A stretch of 63,898 bases of DNA, counting the filler, from Octopus bimaculoides (taxonomy: Eukaryota): the NCBI RefSeq assembly GCF_001194135.2. It is 7 parts of 7 records of this genome, joined end to end, with 100 filler letters (N's around TTAATTAATTAA, not from the genome) between each part and the next. Parts side by side here need not be neighbours in the genome. Positions count along the whole stretch, not along the records: positions 12,143 to 26,842 come from NC_068998.1; 6 more parts are not named here. The stretch is one strand, 5' to 3'. Numbering within the stretch: position 1 is the first letter of the stretch; each line of letters starts with the position of its first letter. A program made the position numbers and the translations under genes. Below, piece by piece: positions 12,210-25,030 of this stretch. The notes beneath the pieces are model-generated. The model did no database searches and had not been told where the DNA came from. It was given only the letters and a program-made list of their open reading frames with translations.

Positions 12210-15200
12210 CCCGGCAAAGGGCAGAGAAACTCAGAAGAGTCAATGGCCATTCCGAAAATGGGTAGACAGAACTTGTGAGCCTTGGTTGGCAGTCTGTCTA
12301 GGAGAAGGGACACTGGTTTAAAACTGGAGTAGATAAGACTCCTTAGACCCAGTGGTGACAACCTATCAGTGTCAAACGGCTCCATGCCTGCGATGAAGGC
12401 GAATGAACCGCAAATCGGGACTTAACTCTGGAGCAATATTTGGATGAAGATATGGGACCAGCTGACGCTCACCTGTCTCCTAGTGAGAATCAAGATCATG
12501 GTCTCCAACACACAGAAATGTGAAGGGGACCGGCCCAACCTATGGGTAGTAAGAGCTCTGCAGGCTGGGTTAACAATCTTACTAGAGATGGTGTCTCGAT
12601 AAAAATACCGATTAGTGGCTAACCTTAAAACACATTCTTCAATGTTGAGTGAAAATGTCTAATACAAATGTATCAAATAATGGTGTTAATGAGGCTGGGA
12701 CTAGAAGGGAAAACCTTTCACCCAACAGGTGCCCTGTGGTTGAGCACCGCAGGCCCGGTCGTCATCCAGAGGCTGCTTGTAAACAAAGCCAGAGGCAGAG
12801 AAGAAGGTGAGATAAGGAGGAAAACCGAACGGTAATTGAATGTTGGATCGGGAGTGAACTCAGCAGAAGGGGATTCCGACAATGAATGAAAGCAAACTGG
12901 AATGAGATAGGACTCTTCGAAACAAGTGAGCAACGGTTAACCGACCAGGCAAGAGCAATTAGAGTAAAAGGGTGGTTAACGGATATGAAAATAGAAGAGA
13001 TAAAAAGGAAAGTGGAAGATAGAAATAATGCTTCAACAACAGTAACGTGCCAAGTGAAAACAGAAAAATGAAAGGCAGAAGTGAAGAAGTAGAGCAAAGT
13101 GTAAATATAAATGCATTCTCAGCAACTGAAGAGCCATATCACAAGAATACGATGATGACCAACAAAATATAGTGAGGAAGTTGTGCTGATATATTAGAGA
13201 AGACCAGGATTAAGCAACCCCCAACCTAAGGTACATGGACCGACGCAAGCTCAAGGTTGGAACCGAAGAGATAGATTCGGTTCTTGAGCTATTCTCAGAC
13301 GAGAAATATAACAGAAACTAGCAAGATTATTTGGGCTGCAGCTATGGTTGCTGCAGATAGAGTTCGATACAAAAAAAAAGAACAAGCAGTAGGTAAAGGA
13401 CCATACTGGCGTAGATGAATTTGTGAGAAACAAAGTAAGTTAAAAAGACATTTAGGACAAGTTGATAGATTGATATAAGAGGGGAATTTCAGAACGAAAG
13501 CATAAGAATAACGCTGGAAAGAACATATAGAATAAGGGACAATGGTTATGATGTGATATTGGAAGAATTGAAACAGAGAAGTAGCAATCAAAGCAAAACT
13601 GGAAAGATATGACAATAGAAAAAGACAGCTCAGGCAAAAGAGATTGTTTGAAGCAAATCAGAAGAAACTGTTTCAGAAAGTAGATGGACAAATACACATA
13701 ACAATGATATCAGATGCAGAGGAAAGCAAGGCATTCTGGAGAGGGATCTGGGACCAACCCGTAAAGCATAACCATGAAGAGGAGTGGCTGCATGAAATCC
13801 TAGATAGGTTAAGAAATATAGAAATCCAAGAAGACAAAGATAACTACAGAAATGATAAAAAAAAACAGTTAAGAAAATTCTCAAATTAGGAGAGCCCAGG
13901 ACAGGATGGGGTCAAAGGGTATTGGATGAAGAAGCTGAGAGGTCTCCATGAAAGAATAGTACAACAGCTTGCAGGAAAGCGCTGTAGCCAGCTGGATGAC
14001 AAAGAGAAAGACATTGTTATGTGCCAAGGATCCTGAAAAGGAAATGTAGCATCCAACTTTAGACCAATAACGTGCCTACTGCTAATGTGGAAACTAATGT
14101 CAGGTGCTTTGGTTAGTGAACTGTAAAGATACTTGGAAAAAGGTGGGCTGCTACCCATTGAACAGAAAGGGTGCCGAAAAAGGAGCCGGGAAACGAAGGA
14201 TCAGCTCTTAATTGATAATCTAATTATCAGGAACTGCAAGAGAAGACAAACAAACCTGAGCATGACATTGATTGACTATCACAAAGCATACAATATGATA
14301 CTGCACTTCTGGATAATAAGAACAATGGAAATATATGGAGTAGCAGAGAATATGAGAAGCCTTATATGGAATATCATGAAATACTGGAGAACGAAATTGA
14401 CAGCAAGGAAGTAAGTACTAGGAGAGGTGAAAATCAAGAGAGGAATCTTCCAGGGGGACAGTGTGTCCGCACTGATATTCGTGCTGGGAATGATCCCTTT
14501 GAGTGACATACTACAGAAAACAAAGTTGGTGTATGATCTGGGAAGTAAGGAAACCTTGACAGTTAAGAACGAGGGAGTATTGAGAGCAGAGAAAAAAAGG
14601 GGGAAACAAAGGAAGAAATACAAAAAGGACATGAAGACAAGGGACTACACAATCATTTCCATGTAGCCACAACAGAAGTTGCTGAAAAAATAGGTGCAAT
14701 TGGCTGATGAAAGGAACCCTAGAAAAAAAAGACCGAGAGCACTATACTGGCAGCGCAGGACTAAGCTGTGGCAACGAACTGGAGGATGAACGTGAGGAAT
14801 GTGCAAGTGCCTCCGCTGTGTTGCATCTGCAATAGAGTGGATGAAATCATTGACCGTATCACGAACGAATGCCCTAGACTTGCTCAAAACCACTACAAGT
14901 TGTGGCGACACGACCAGGTAGCGAAAGTGCTACATTGGAAACTGTGCGAAAAGTGGGGGCTAAAGAGAGGCAAGACATGGTATGAGCACAAACCGCAGAG
15001 AGTGGCGTAGTCGAAGACCGGTAAAATCCTCTGGGATTTCCCAGTTCAAACAAATCAGGTGCTAGAGTATAACAGACCGGACCTAGTTGTGGTAAACAAA
15101 GTGCGCCACATATGCTATATAGTTGACGTTGCATGCCCCTTTGACCCACGAATAGTCAAGAAGGAAGGCGAAAAGATAGATAGATACAATCCTCTTAAAT

Positions 15201-15475
15201 ACGAAATAGCCCGGCAATGGAAAATGAAGAAGGTGAAGACAGTGCAAATTATTGTTGGGTCCTTGAGAACAGTATTAGAAAACATCAAGAGAAATATATA
15301 GGAAATTGGAACTGAGTGCCCAGTAGAAATGTTACAAAAGGTTTCCCTCCTTGGCACGGCCAGAATAATCAAGAAAGTATTAGATAGCTGAAAAGAACAA
15401 ATAGCATGGTGACGTAGGTTGCAGGTAGTAAGTAAGACACTAGGAGCTCCAAAAAAAACTGTCATAAAGAGAATA
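12210..15475 (+). mobile_element. R4/Dong-clade non-LTR retrotransposon (RT + CCHC + restriction-like endonuclease), decayed with an internal deletion
   Basis: Frameshifted motifs in order: EQRLTDQARAIRVKGWL; NFRPITCL; [19 protein letters not shown]; [15 protein letters not shown]; IKRGIFQGDSVSALIF; CCICNRVDEII...C; RHDQVAKVLHWKLC; ILWDF; NRPDLVVV...IVDVACPFD...EKIDRY; LQKVSLLGTARIIKKVLDS* (stop 15389-15391). Flanked by TAA and TTA repeats. Confidence 0.9.
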
Positions 15476-15529
15476 TTATTATTATTATTATTATTGTTGT
15501 TGTTGCTGTTGTTGTTGTTGTTGTTGTTG

Positions 15530-15578
<49 letters not shown>

Positions 15579-15582
15579 CATT

Positions 15583-16257
15583 ATGCCGAATTGGAAGGGC
15601 CCAGGACAAGGTTTAGTTCAAGGTTACTGCTTAGAGAAATTTTGTAGTTAACATGGAAAACTGAGGAAACAACTTCAGAATTGCCTGAATGGAGGAGCCA
15701 TACCTATTCGGGTGACTAGGGGGAGAACAGCACTTCTAATGAAAGACAAAACCAAAGGTAATATAGCTAGTAATTATGGACCAATCGCTTGCTTACAAGG
15801 GAATGTTCTCGGAAAACATTCATGAGAACCGTGACAGCTAGAATTTACGGTTGCAGAAAGAAGATTGGAGGAACGCATGATCTATTCTACTTAAACAAAG
15901 CAGTTCTAAAAGAAGTGAAGTCTAGAGAGGAAAATTTAACAATAGCATAAATAGATTATAAGTAAGCTTGTGGGAATCCACACTCGTAGATGAGTGAATA
16001 TTTGAGTATACTCAGTACTGCTGGCAACATAAGAGAGTTAATGAGTAGTAGCATGAAGAAATGGAAAGTAGATCTTTACTCAAGTGATACAGCTTTAGAG
16101 AAACTTAATATCAAGTGAGGAATTTTCCAAATAAACTCGTTATACCCTTTAATATTTGTGTTATGTTTAGTCTCCCTCAGTTTAGTATTAAAAATGGCCA
16201 AGGCAAGGCATCAGCTTAGAGATAGTAATGGAAAAATTAACCATTTGTTATACAGAC
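15583..16257 (+). mobile_element. Second R4/Dong-clade RT fragment (different subfamily), truncated at both ends
   Basis: Manual translation across stops and frameshifts: MPNWKGPGQGLVQGY; LRKQLQNCLNGG; GRTALLMKDKTKGNIASNYGPIACL; NKAVLKEVKSREENLTIA*IDYK; NIK*GIFQINSLYPLIFVLCLV; NGKINHLLY. Not in the supplied ORF track. Confidence 0.85.
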
Positions 16258-16578
16258 CGGCCTCGGCGGAATTTAAATTCAGAACGTGAGGACGGACGAA
16301 ATGCCGCTAGACATTTTGCCCGGCGTGCTAACGATTCTATCAGCTCGCTGCTTTTAGTGATAATAATAATCCATTCTAATAAAGGCACAAGGCCTGAAGT
16401 TTCGTGGGAGAGGGATAGTCGATTCTATCGACCCCAGAACTCAACTGGTGCTTACTATATCAACCCCAAAAGGATGAAAGTCAACGTCGGTGAAGTTTGA
16501 ACTCAGAACGTATGGACAGACGAAATGCCACTAAGCATTTCGGTCGGCGTGCTAACGATTCTGCCAGCTCGCTGCCTT
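16257..16578 (-). mobile_element. Two tandem tRNA-head SINE copies, family 4 (16257-16352 truncated; 16375-16578)
   Basis: Minus-strand head aaggcagcgagctggcagaatcgttagcacgccg...ttctgagttcaaactt, followed by the ctttcatccttttggggttgata block. Also present at 22968-23167. Confidence 0.8.
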
Positions 16579-16585
16579 AATAATA

Positions 16586-16661
<76 letters not shown>

Positions 16662-16662
<1 letters not shown>

Positions 16663-16809
16663 CAGACAAATACATAACAAAAACACCAGGACTTACAAAT
16701 ATATATAACATACAGAAAATTGCACTACTGGGCACTGCACACATCCTACGCAAAACACTTTCAATACAGTAACCATAAGAGCATCACAGCAAACCATAGC
16801 ACATACCCA
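16662..16809 (+). mobile_element. 3' end of a restriction-like-endonuclease LINE (R4/Dong-like) with start of 3' UTR
   Basis: 16662-16772 translates SDKYITKTPGLTNIYNIQKIALLGTAHILRKTLSIQ*, homologous to the LQKVSLLGTARIIKKVL terminus at 15.3 kb. It directly follows (TAA)n and runs into a gap. Confidence 0.75.
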
Positions 16810-17055
16810 NNNNNNNNNNNNNNNNNNNNNNNNNNNNNNNNNNNNNNNNNNNNNNNNNNNNNNNNNNNNNNNNNNNNNNNNNNNNNNNNNNNNNNNNNNN
16901 NNNNNNNNNNNNNNNNNNNNNNNNNNNNNNNNNNNNNNNNNNNNNNNNNNNNNNNNNNNNNNNNNNNNNNNNNNNNNNNNNNNNNNNNNNNNNNNNNNNN
17001 NNNNNNNNNNNNNNAGAAGAAGAAGAAGAAGAAGAAGAAGAAGAAGAAGAAGAAG

Positions 17056-17088
<33 letters not shown>

Positions 17089-19994
17089 CTCGACAAAATG
17101 CACAGGTGTTGGAAATTCGAAGTGTTTCTATATATTTTCCGTCTACCTAATTTCATTCACAAGGCTTCAGTCGACTCAAGGCTGTTGTAGAAGATACTGC
17201 TAAAAGACGGACACACTTAGTAAGGAAATGATCTAGTTAACCCCATACGGCCATGCTAGACGTCTGAGTTGATGTTTAATGAAGAAAGTGTTTGCAGACA
17301 TTAATCATTAAAAAAAATAGTTTTTTCGACAGTCACTTAAACTAAAATAGCGAAGGGAGATCTTAGTGTTGCTGATGCTGCCACTACTGTTGCTCTTAAT
17401 CCCAGGCCATTCTTGATCAAAGGCGTTTCAGAACTGATCGTCCGTTTTTTTAGTTTATTCTTTCTTTTTTTTTTCTTTTTCTGTTTTCTTTTTCAGAGAA
17501 CTAATCTTGGATTATTGTATCCACTATACTCTTCTTTAGGGTGTAAACTGAGGGATACAAGACAGATATCCCTAGCAGTTCGGGTGACCACGTGTAGGCT
17601 TTCCTGTCAGTTCATGATGAGAAAAGTTAAATACTTTTCTGACGCAAAAAAATCAAACACATTAGTAGCGTGATTAAAAAAGTTGGACAAAGTAAAATAT
17701 AGAGCAGCCAAACACTAGAAAGGGTTGGAGAACCTATAATCGGTTTACAACTGTTGATTGAAGCAGAATTAATCAGTAAAAAGAAAAAATTAAGAAGCTA
17801 ATCGACCGAAAGAAAACTAATGAAGTTACTTATGGAGTGTCAAAAAGTGAATGAAATAAAAACAATTAACTGATTGATTTTAATTTTATTGATAATTAGT
17901 GAATTATTTCATTGCAAATTAAATCTTATTAATAGTAAGGAAGTTGCCGAAACAGAGGAAACTGAAACTGTAACAAGGATATAGCAATAAAAATAGCTCG
18001 CCTCAATGTTTTGAATGAGTACTAACACAAGTAGTTTTTCTTTTCTTTTTTTTTTGCGTATCATTGTCTGGGCATAAAAATAAAAACACTAAAATGAACT
18101 CTCGAGGTCATATATAAGGAATAATTCTATTGTCCATACGAACTTCCTTCTTGGTAGATGCTGCTATTTACAGAACAATGAATTTAGAATACCCAACCCA
18201 TTAAACATTTTTAAGTTGAAATTCTCTGAGAATTTTAAATAATTACTATATTGGTTGTTACGTTAAATAACTTCTTACATAACGACTAATAGTTAAATGG
18301 TTGGGTTAATTATGAACAAGGTTATTATATCTTGGTACTATGTATAAGCATAATTCAAAAGACTGACTATTGAACAATATTTCAGCTATCTTTATTTCAA
18401 AATGTGTACCGGTGTACTGAGTGAGCCGTTTAACTTAAAGTTTAACATTCTTACCACAGTCATATTTTACCTCATATCTACTTTAAGACACGAGGAAGAA
18501 AAAGAAAACGAGAAAAGTGTCTAACATTATTAAATACTTTTATGGAACTCTCCAATTTTTTTATATTATTGAATTCGCTTTTGTTTTTTGTTTTGTTTTT
18601 TATAGCATTTCCAGTTGATAAAATTCAGCTAACTTCAAGAAAATATTTCTAAAATTTATATCTCGAATGGAACGTAATGAAGTGCCTACGATGGATCATG
18701 AAGAAATATGTAAAAGCTTGGTAGCAAGTACATGCTAGATACAGTTGTTTGCTTGACGTATCGCTAAAAAGGAGAAGAAACTATTTATTAAAGGAACACA
18801 AGTGAAGCATTAACTGAAATAGTGTTCTTAATTGTTAGCCACGGGTCAAGATAGGGTCATATTCTGTTTTTCAGATGCCGCTATTTTATAGTAAATGATA
18901 CCATCAAGAAATTTGCAAGCCGTTTGTTTCGATTTTAAGTATATTCATGCAGGTTGACGGTCCAGCATCCCTAATTTCAGGTAAGAAATATCAACGTTTT
19001 AATCTCATAACAGATTCAATATATAAGTAGCTCCTTGATCCAAATCAGCTGCTTTTCTCTATACTGTCGGCAACAACCTTTAGAATCTCTACATAAATAC
19101 ACTTATCAATAGTTCTTACAAAACTATTCTATTTTTTACTGCTCTTAAGCTGCTAGCCTATTAAATAACACAGTGCGTTCATTTCTTGGAGCGACAAAGC
19201 AAGCCATGTGGCAGTGTGCTCTGATAGTTTATTGATCTTCTTCGATCGGGCAACAATACATTTATCACACAGCTTTAGACAATATATGATTCTTTTTTTC
19301 CTTTTAAGACCTAGGCTTAAACAGGAATTCCATCAATAAAATGGCCACTATTGACAAAAAAATGGTTATTTTGCAAAATGTAGCATATAAAATATATAGC
19401 TTCTACTTACTTACAAAAACCTAACTATTCTCGAAGATACTTTTTTTTTTCTAATCAGATAGAAAAGATACGTTGCTTTATTTTCCGGATAACATTATTT
19501 TCTGGGATAATATATCGATGTAGAAGGAACTAAGACTGTACGACATAGGCACACTCACACATATGAACACACGTGTATACATACCTTTGTGTATGTCAAC
19601 TTATCTTCATAAACCCAACCAAAGAAAAGGAAGGATGGATGAAAGTTGACAACATTAATGTAGTGTTTGAAGAAGTGAAGGACGGTAATTAATGGGAACA
19701 TATAACCAGATAATGAGGTATTGAGAGATGCAGATCTAAAGAGAGAGAGAGACAGACAGATAGCGAGAGAGGAAGGGAGAAAGAACAGCTTTTACAGTTT
19801 AGTGGATCTACAGACGGTGATTGAATGAGAGAGTGTGATAGGTAGTTGTCGAAAGAGAGATTCTAGTGGAAAGCAGATGGCAATTTCAGAAGAGAAAATA
19901 GAAATGATAGTAGCACAATATTTCAGTTCGATGCATTGCGTTATATCTAAATATAACACACATATGTGTGTATATAGGTGTGTGTGTGTGTGTG

Positions 19995-20250
19995 TGAGGG
20001 CGCGTTGCCTAGTGGTTACGATGCTGCTCTCACAATCACGAGGTCGTTGTTTCAATTCCAAGACCAGGTGCTGCGTTGTGTTCTTGAGCAACACACTTCA
20101 TTTCTCGTTGCTCTGTAATGACTTCGACCCTTGATACGTGGTGCACGGTGCAGTCATTCAAGGAAAGAGTGAGCTAATCTACAACACATACATTTAATCC
20201 CTATAAACAAATCATTTGTACAGGCCTTTCAACAAAAGCTGAACAATCAC
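19995..20250 (+). mobile_element. Degenerate tRNA-head SINE (family-2-like)
   Basis: gagggcgcgttgcctagtggttacg...gtttcaattcc head, followed by gtgttcttgagcaacacacttcatttc as at 4460-4490. Confidence 0.65.
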
Positions 20251-20289
20251 ATGTCGTATATATATATAATACTTGAAGCATATATATAT

Positions 20290-21800
20290 ACTGGGTTGGC
20301 AAGAAAGTAATTTCGGTTTTTTTAGTCTGAAATAAAAGTCATTTTTTTTTCATACAAAGAATGAACTTTCATCAATTATATATTTTTCATTTTGTTCGAT
20401 GACCTTTTGCCGTCTTTCTGGCAACTTCGTGATTTTGCGCTCGTAGAACATTTGGTCCTTATCAGCCAAGAACTGAAGCAAATACGATTTCAGGTCATCA
20501 TCATTGTTGAGAGTTTTACCATCCAAAGAATTTTGCAAACTTTGAAATAAATGACTACCTGGTGGTGCAAGGTCAGGGTCACATGGTGGATGTAACATTA
20601 CAACCCAACCAAGCTCCAATCATTTTTCATAAGTTATCAATCATGTGTGTGGTCAAGTGTTGTCATGGTGGAACATGATTCCTTTATGATTTGCCAATTC
20701 TGGCCGTTTTTCTTTGATTGCTTCCTCCAGTTTCATTAGCTGTTGGTGCCTTGGAAGCAACTCTAAATGCACAACACCTTTGTAATCCCACCAAATTGAC
20801 AGCGTAACTATTTTTATGCAATTCAACTTTCGATGTGGTTTGTGCTGGTTCATTACGTTTGAACCATGATCGTTTCCGATTGATGTTATTGTAGACAATC
20901 CATTTTTCATCATCAGTGATGATTCGTCTCAAAAAAGGTCGATTTCATTGCGTTTTAAATGTATTTATTCTTTTATTCTTTTACTTGTTTCAGTCATTTG
21001 ACTGCGGCCATGCTGGAGCACCACCTTTAGTCGAGCAAATCGACCCCGGGACTTATTCTTTGTAAGCCTAGTACTTATTCTATCGGTCTCTTTTGCCGAA
21101 CCGCTAAGTGACGGGGACATAAACACACCAGCATCGGTTGTCAAGCAATGCTAGGGGGACAAACACAGACACACAAACACACACACACATATATATATAT
21201 ACATATATACGACGAGCTTCTTTCAGTTTCCGTCTACCAAATCCACTCACAAGGCTTTGGTCGGCCCGAGGCTATAGTAGAAGACACTTGCCCAAGATGC
21301 CATGCAGTGGGACTGAACCCGGAACCATGTGGTTGGTAAGCAAGCTACTTACCACACAGTCACTCCTGCGCCTATTGCAAATATTGATTCGTTGTGTTAA
21401 GTGAATCTCTTTCAATTTATGTAGAGCCCAAATATCGAGCTTCTTCAACAAGTCCAAGACATTTTAAGTGATTTTCAGTTGTTGTGTGTGATACATTTAA
21501 CTTCTCTGAAATCTCTCGCACAGTTATATGACAACAAGATTCAATAATGGCTTTGATTCGGTCATCATCAACTTCAGTAGGTCTACCAGAATGGAATATT
21601 TTAAACCATTTCTGAGATGTGCGTTCAGTAAGCAATCAACATAAACTTCACATATTTCTTTGTGAGCCTCAGCAGCTTTCTTGCCTTTATGGGAAAAAAA
21701 TATGTATATTGGCCAAACAGGAATGTCACTCCGTCGAAGAACAACTCTTCAGAAAGAACAAATCCGCTTCCCACAATACAGACAGTTACAGGTCAGTGAA
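20290..21800 (-). mobile_element. Mariner transposon remnant (D,D34D-type), interrupted by a SINE
   Basis: Minus-strand pieces: LTERTSQKWF; SGRPTEVDDDRIKAII...ITVREISEKLNVSHTT (HTH); KKLDIWALHKL; RRIITDDEKWIVYNN; SIWWDYKGVVHLELLP; MFHHDN; LHPPCDPDLAPPGSHLFQSLQN. TIR-like tactgggttggcaagaaagtaatttcggtttttt at 20290. The 5' boundary is approximate. Confidence 0.9.
20966..21372 (-). mobile_element. Full-length tRNA-head SINE, family 1, inserted into the mariner
   Basis: Complete head to tail. TATT lies on both sides (20962-20965 and 21373-21376), and the mariner reading (…RINIC / KRNEIDPFLRRIIT…) resumes across it. Confidence 0.9.
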
Positions 21801-22967
21801 CGCATAGAAAGGTGTGCTAGGAACTTTAATCCTAACGTCCAAATTTTCCCTTTATATTAATGTTCACAGAACACCTCAGTTCAAAAAAGAATGAATAAAG
21901 AAGCAACTTTCATAAATAAATATCATCCAAAACTCAACATGAACATATTACATAATATAGAACACTAATAACCTTGCCATTAATAGCTCTAATTCCCATA
22001 CATTCCATGCACCATTCATATTACAGTATTACATCTACCCTAATTGCACCACTCCCAGAGCTACTTACCTCCCTTACATATAATCTTTTTACTCAGGGAC
22101 TTGTAGACCAGACACCGTTTGGTAATCGGTGCGCATTCAAAGCAACAATTAATGAAACCGGTATGACTTTGAATCCCTTTAACAATTCAAAATAATGACT
22201 TTTATTCCTCTTAATTCTACCTCAGTTTATCTAATTGTATATATTTATGGTTATTTTTCATGAAAAAGCCTTTATTTTTTATATGCAATGTGCATTTTCG
22301 CTTTTTTCTTCTTACTTTCGCATATATCTACCACGTGTAGTCTATTTTTNNNNNNNNNNNNNNNNNNNNNNNNNNNNNNNNNNNNNNNNNNNNNNNNNNN
22401 NNNNNNNNNNNNNNNNNNNNNNNNNNNNNNNNNNNNNNNNNNNNNNNNNNNNNNNNNNNNNNNNNNNNNNNNNNNNNNNNNNNNNNNNNNNNNNNNNNNN
22501 NNNNNNNNNNNNNNNNNNNNNNNNNNNNNNNNNNNNNNNNNNNNNNNNNNNNNNNNNNNNNNNNNNNNNNNNNNNNNNNNNNNNNNNNNNNNNNNNNNNN
22601 NNNNNNNNNNNNNNNNNNNNNNNNNNNNNNNNNNNNNNNNNNNNNNNNNNNNNNNNNNNNNNNNNNNNNNNNNNNNNNNNNNNNNNNNNNNNNNNNNNNN
22701 NNNNNNNNNNNNNNNNNNNNNNNNNNNNNNNNNNNNNNNNNNNNNNNNNNNNNNNNNNNNNNNNNNNNNNNNNNNNNNNNNNNNNNNNNNNNNNNNNNNN
22801 NNNNNNNNNNNNNNNNNNNNNNNNNNNNNNNNNNNNNNNNNNNNNNNNNNNNNNNNNNNNNNNNNNNNNNNNNNNNNNNNNNNNNNNNNNNNNNNNNNNN
22901 NNNNNNNNNNNNNNNNNNNNNNNNNNNNNNNNNNNNNNNNNNNNNNNNNNNNNNNNNNNNNNNNNNG

Positions 22968-23167
22968 GCACAAGGCCAGAAATTTTGGAGGAGGCGGCCA
23001 GTCAATTAGATCGACCCCAGTACGCAACTGTTACTTAATTTTTCGACCCCGCAATGATGAAAGGCAAAGTCGACCTCTGCGGAATTTGAACTCAGAACGT
23101 AAAGGCAGACGAAATACTGCTAAGCATTTTGCCCGGCGTGCTAACGTTTCTGCCAGCTCGCTGCCTT
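22968..23167 (-). mobile_element. tRNA-head SINE, family 4
   Basis: Colinear with 16375-16578. Confidence 0.8.
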
Positions 23168-24607
23168 TGTTGAAGCAAATATATTGATGAAATTGCCACA
23201 TTCCTCTTGAGAAAGCACCTCATATAGATGTATTGTCTATCTGCACTAAGTATGATATAACAAATTGCTATTTTGAAATTAAACTGCTTCCGTCGCTAAA
23301 ACCGAATTTATGTTCAGCTTGCCTACCAAATGCGAACTCGGTAACTTTTCAGTCACTGTTTAACTATGTCAGTATCGGCTGACTTTAGTTTAGCAAGCGG
23401 TACCAGGAGATACTTGCTCCTGACGAAGCTCAAAGAAGCTAAACTGTATTTAGTAAATCATAGACTGATTTGAAACTGAATATTGTAAAGCTGTATACGC
23501 GGTTGAGTTATTTCTGAATATCTCTTTGTTTCCAATGTTTGGGACTAATTTGATGCATAGTAATCCAAGCAATTTCTTCGCGAAATCTGACGTAAATGAA
23601 TTAGCGTAATTAAATGATGTCATTTCCTGTTAAGTAAAACATAATCATATACTAACAAGCGGGACCCGTGGAAATTCACAGTATAAGTCAGCATATATTG
23701 AACACGTTATATTGATATATGAAACACAAGCTAGGAATTTCATCCTGCCTTTAATCAAAACTGTACTTTCAAATATAATCAAAATGAACTTAGAAGGCAT
23801 TGCTTATTTTTCTTCTTTCACCATGTTTAACAGATATGATGTGCTTTATAGTTTAAGGAAATAAAAGATGAATTAAAATGCTAAAACTTATGTATATAAA
23901 AAACACTTTATATTTTTGCTGTTCAACCACCATCAAGGCTCAGTCTAAGTAATTTACTAACTGAGATTATTTTCATTTCTTTTCATTTCATTTTAGTTCA
24001 GCTACATATCTATTTTTGTATCTACTAATATATATCTCTTACGGCATATCTGTTGATACATTTGTTGGCTCACCTACGTACCGATAGAAAAATAGCTAAT
24101 TAACTATCACATTTACATTCCCTTCTGTACCTTTCTTCTCTCATAATACCGATACTTATTTAAACTTAATTGCAAAAAAAGAAATGAATAATAATGATGC
24201 CAAGCATGACTGCAGCTTTTGGTCAGGAGCATGTAAAAGATAGAAGTGTAGCGTCCACAGCTATTTACTAAGTAAAGTTATTACACTTAATTTATACTAT
24301 CCATCTTTTAATATATAAATTTAAAGAACATCATGATATTGTTTCATTATGTTAGACATTTCGACTGTGTCAGCCATTTGAACACACGAACACAGAATAA
24401 TATAGACCTTCTCCTTCTCTCCATCTTTTCTCTCTAAGTATACATATTTCTATTCGGGTTATTATCTCCCTTGATGTAAGCGTGACACACAAGCAAAATA
24501 AACAGTGCACAGGTCGCGTTGAATTATATTATAGATATTGAAATAACCATACACACTGGTATGATAAATATGTATCTTTTATCATACATACACACATACA
24601 TACATTA

Positions 24608-24989
24608 GTGGCACTCCGTCGGTTACGACGACGAGGGTTCCAGTTGATCCGATCAACGGAACAGCCTGCTCGTGAAATTAACGTGCAAATGGCTGAGCAC
24701 TCCACAGACACGTGTACCCTTAACGAAGTTCTCGGGGAGATTCAGCGTGACACAGAGTGTGACAGGGCTGGCCCTATGAAGTACAGGTACAACAGAAACA
24801 GGAAGAAAGAGTGAGAGAAAGTTGTGGTGAAAGAGTATAGCAGGGTTCGCCATCACCCCCTGCCGGAGCGTCGTGGATCTTTAGATGTTTTCACTCAATA
24901 AACACTTACAACACCCGGTGTGGGAATCGAAACCGCGATCCTATGACCGCGAATCCGCTGCCCTAACCACTGGGCCATTGCGCCTCCAC
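24608..24989 (-). mobile_element. Full-length tRNA-head SINE, family 2
   Basis: Minus head gtggaggcgcaatggcccagtggttagggcagcgg (A box) and ggtttcgattccc (B box). Highly similar to 35482-35860. Confidence 0.9.
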
Positions 24990-24996
24990 ATATACA

Positions 24997-25030
<34 letters not shown>

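Noticed and set aside
23415-23450. CTGACGA-AGCT-CAAAGA-AGCT-AAAC hammerhead-like word
   Set aside because: Lacks the catalytic G12 and a stem I partner.
24880-24989. tRNA gene at SINE heads (also 4382, 21290, 35760)
   Set aside because: A and B boxes are present, but there is no complete cloverleaf or acceptor stem and each continues into a SINE body.
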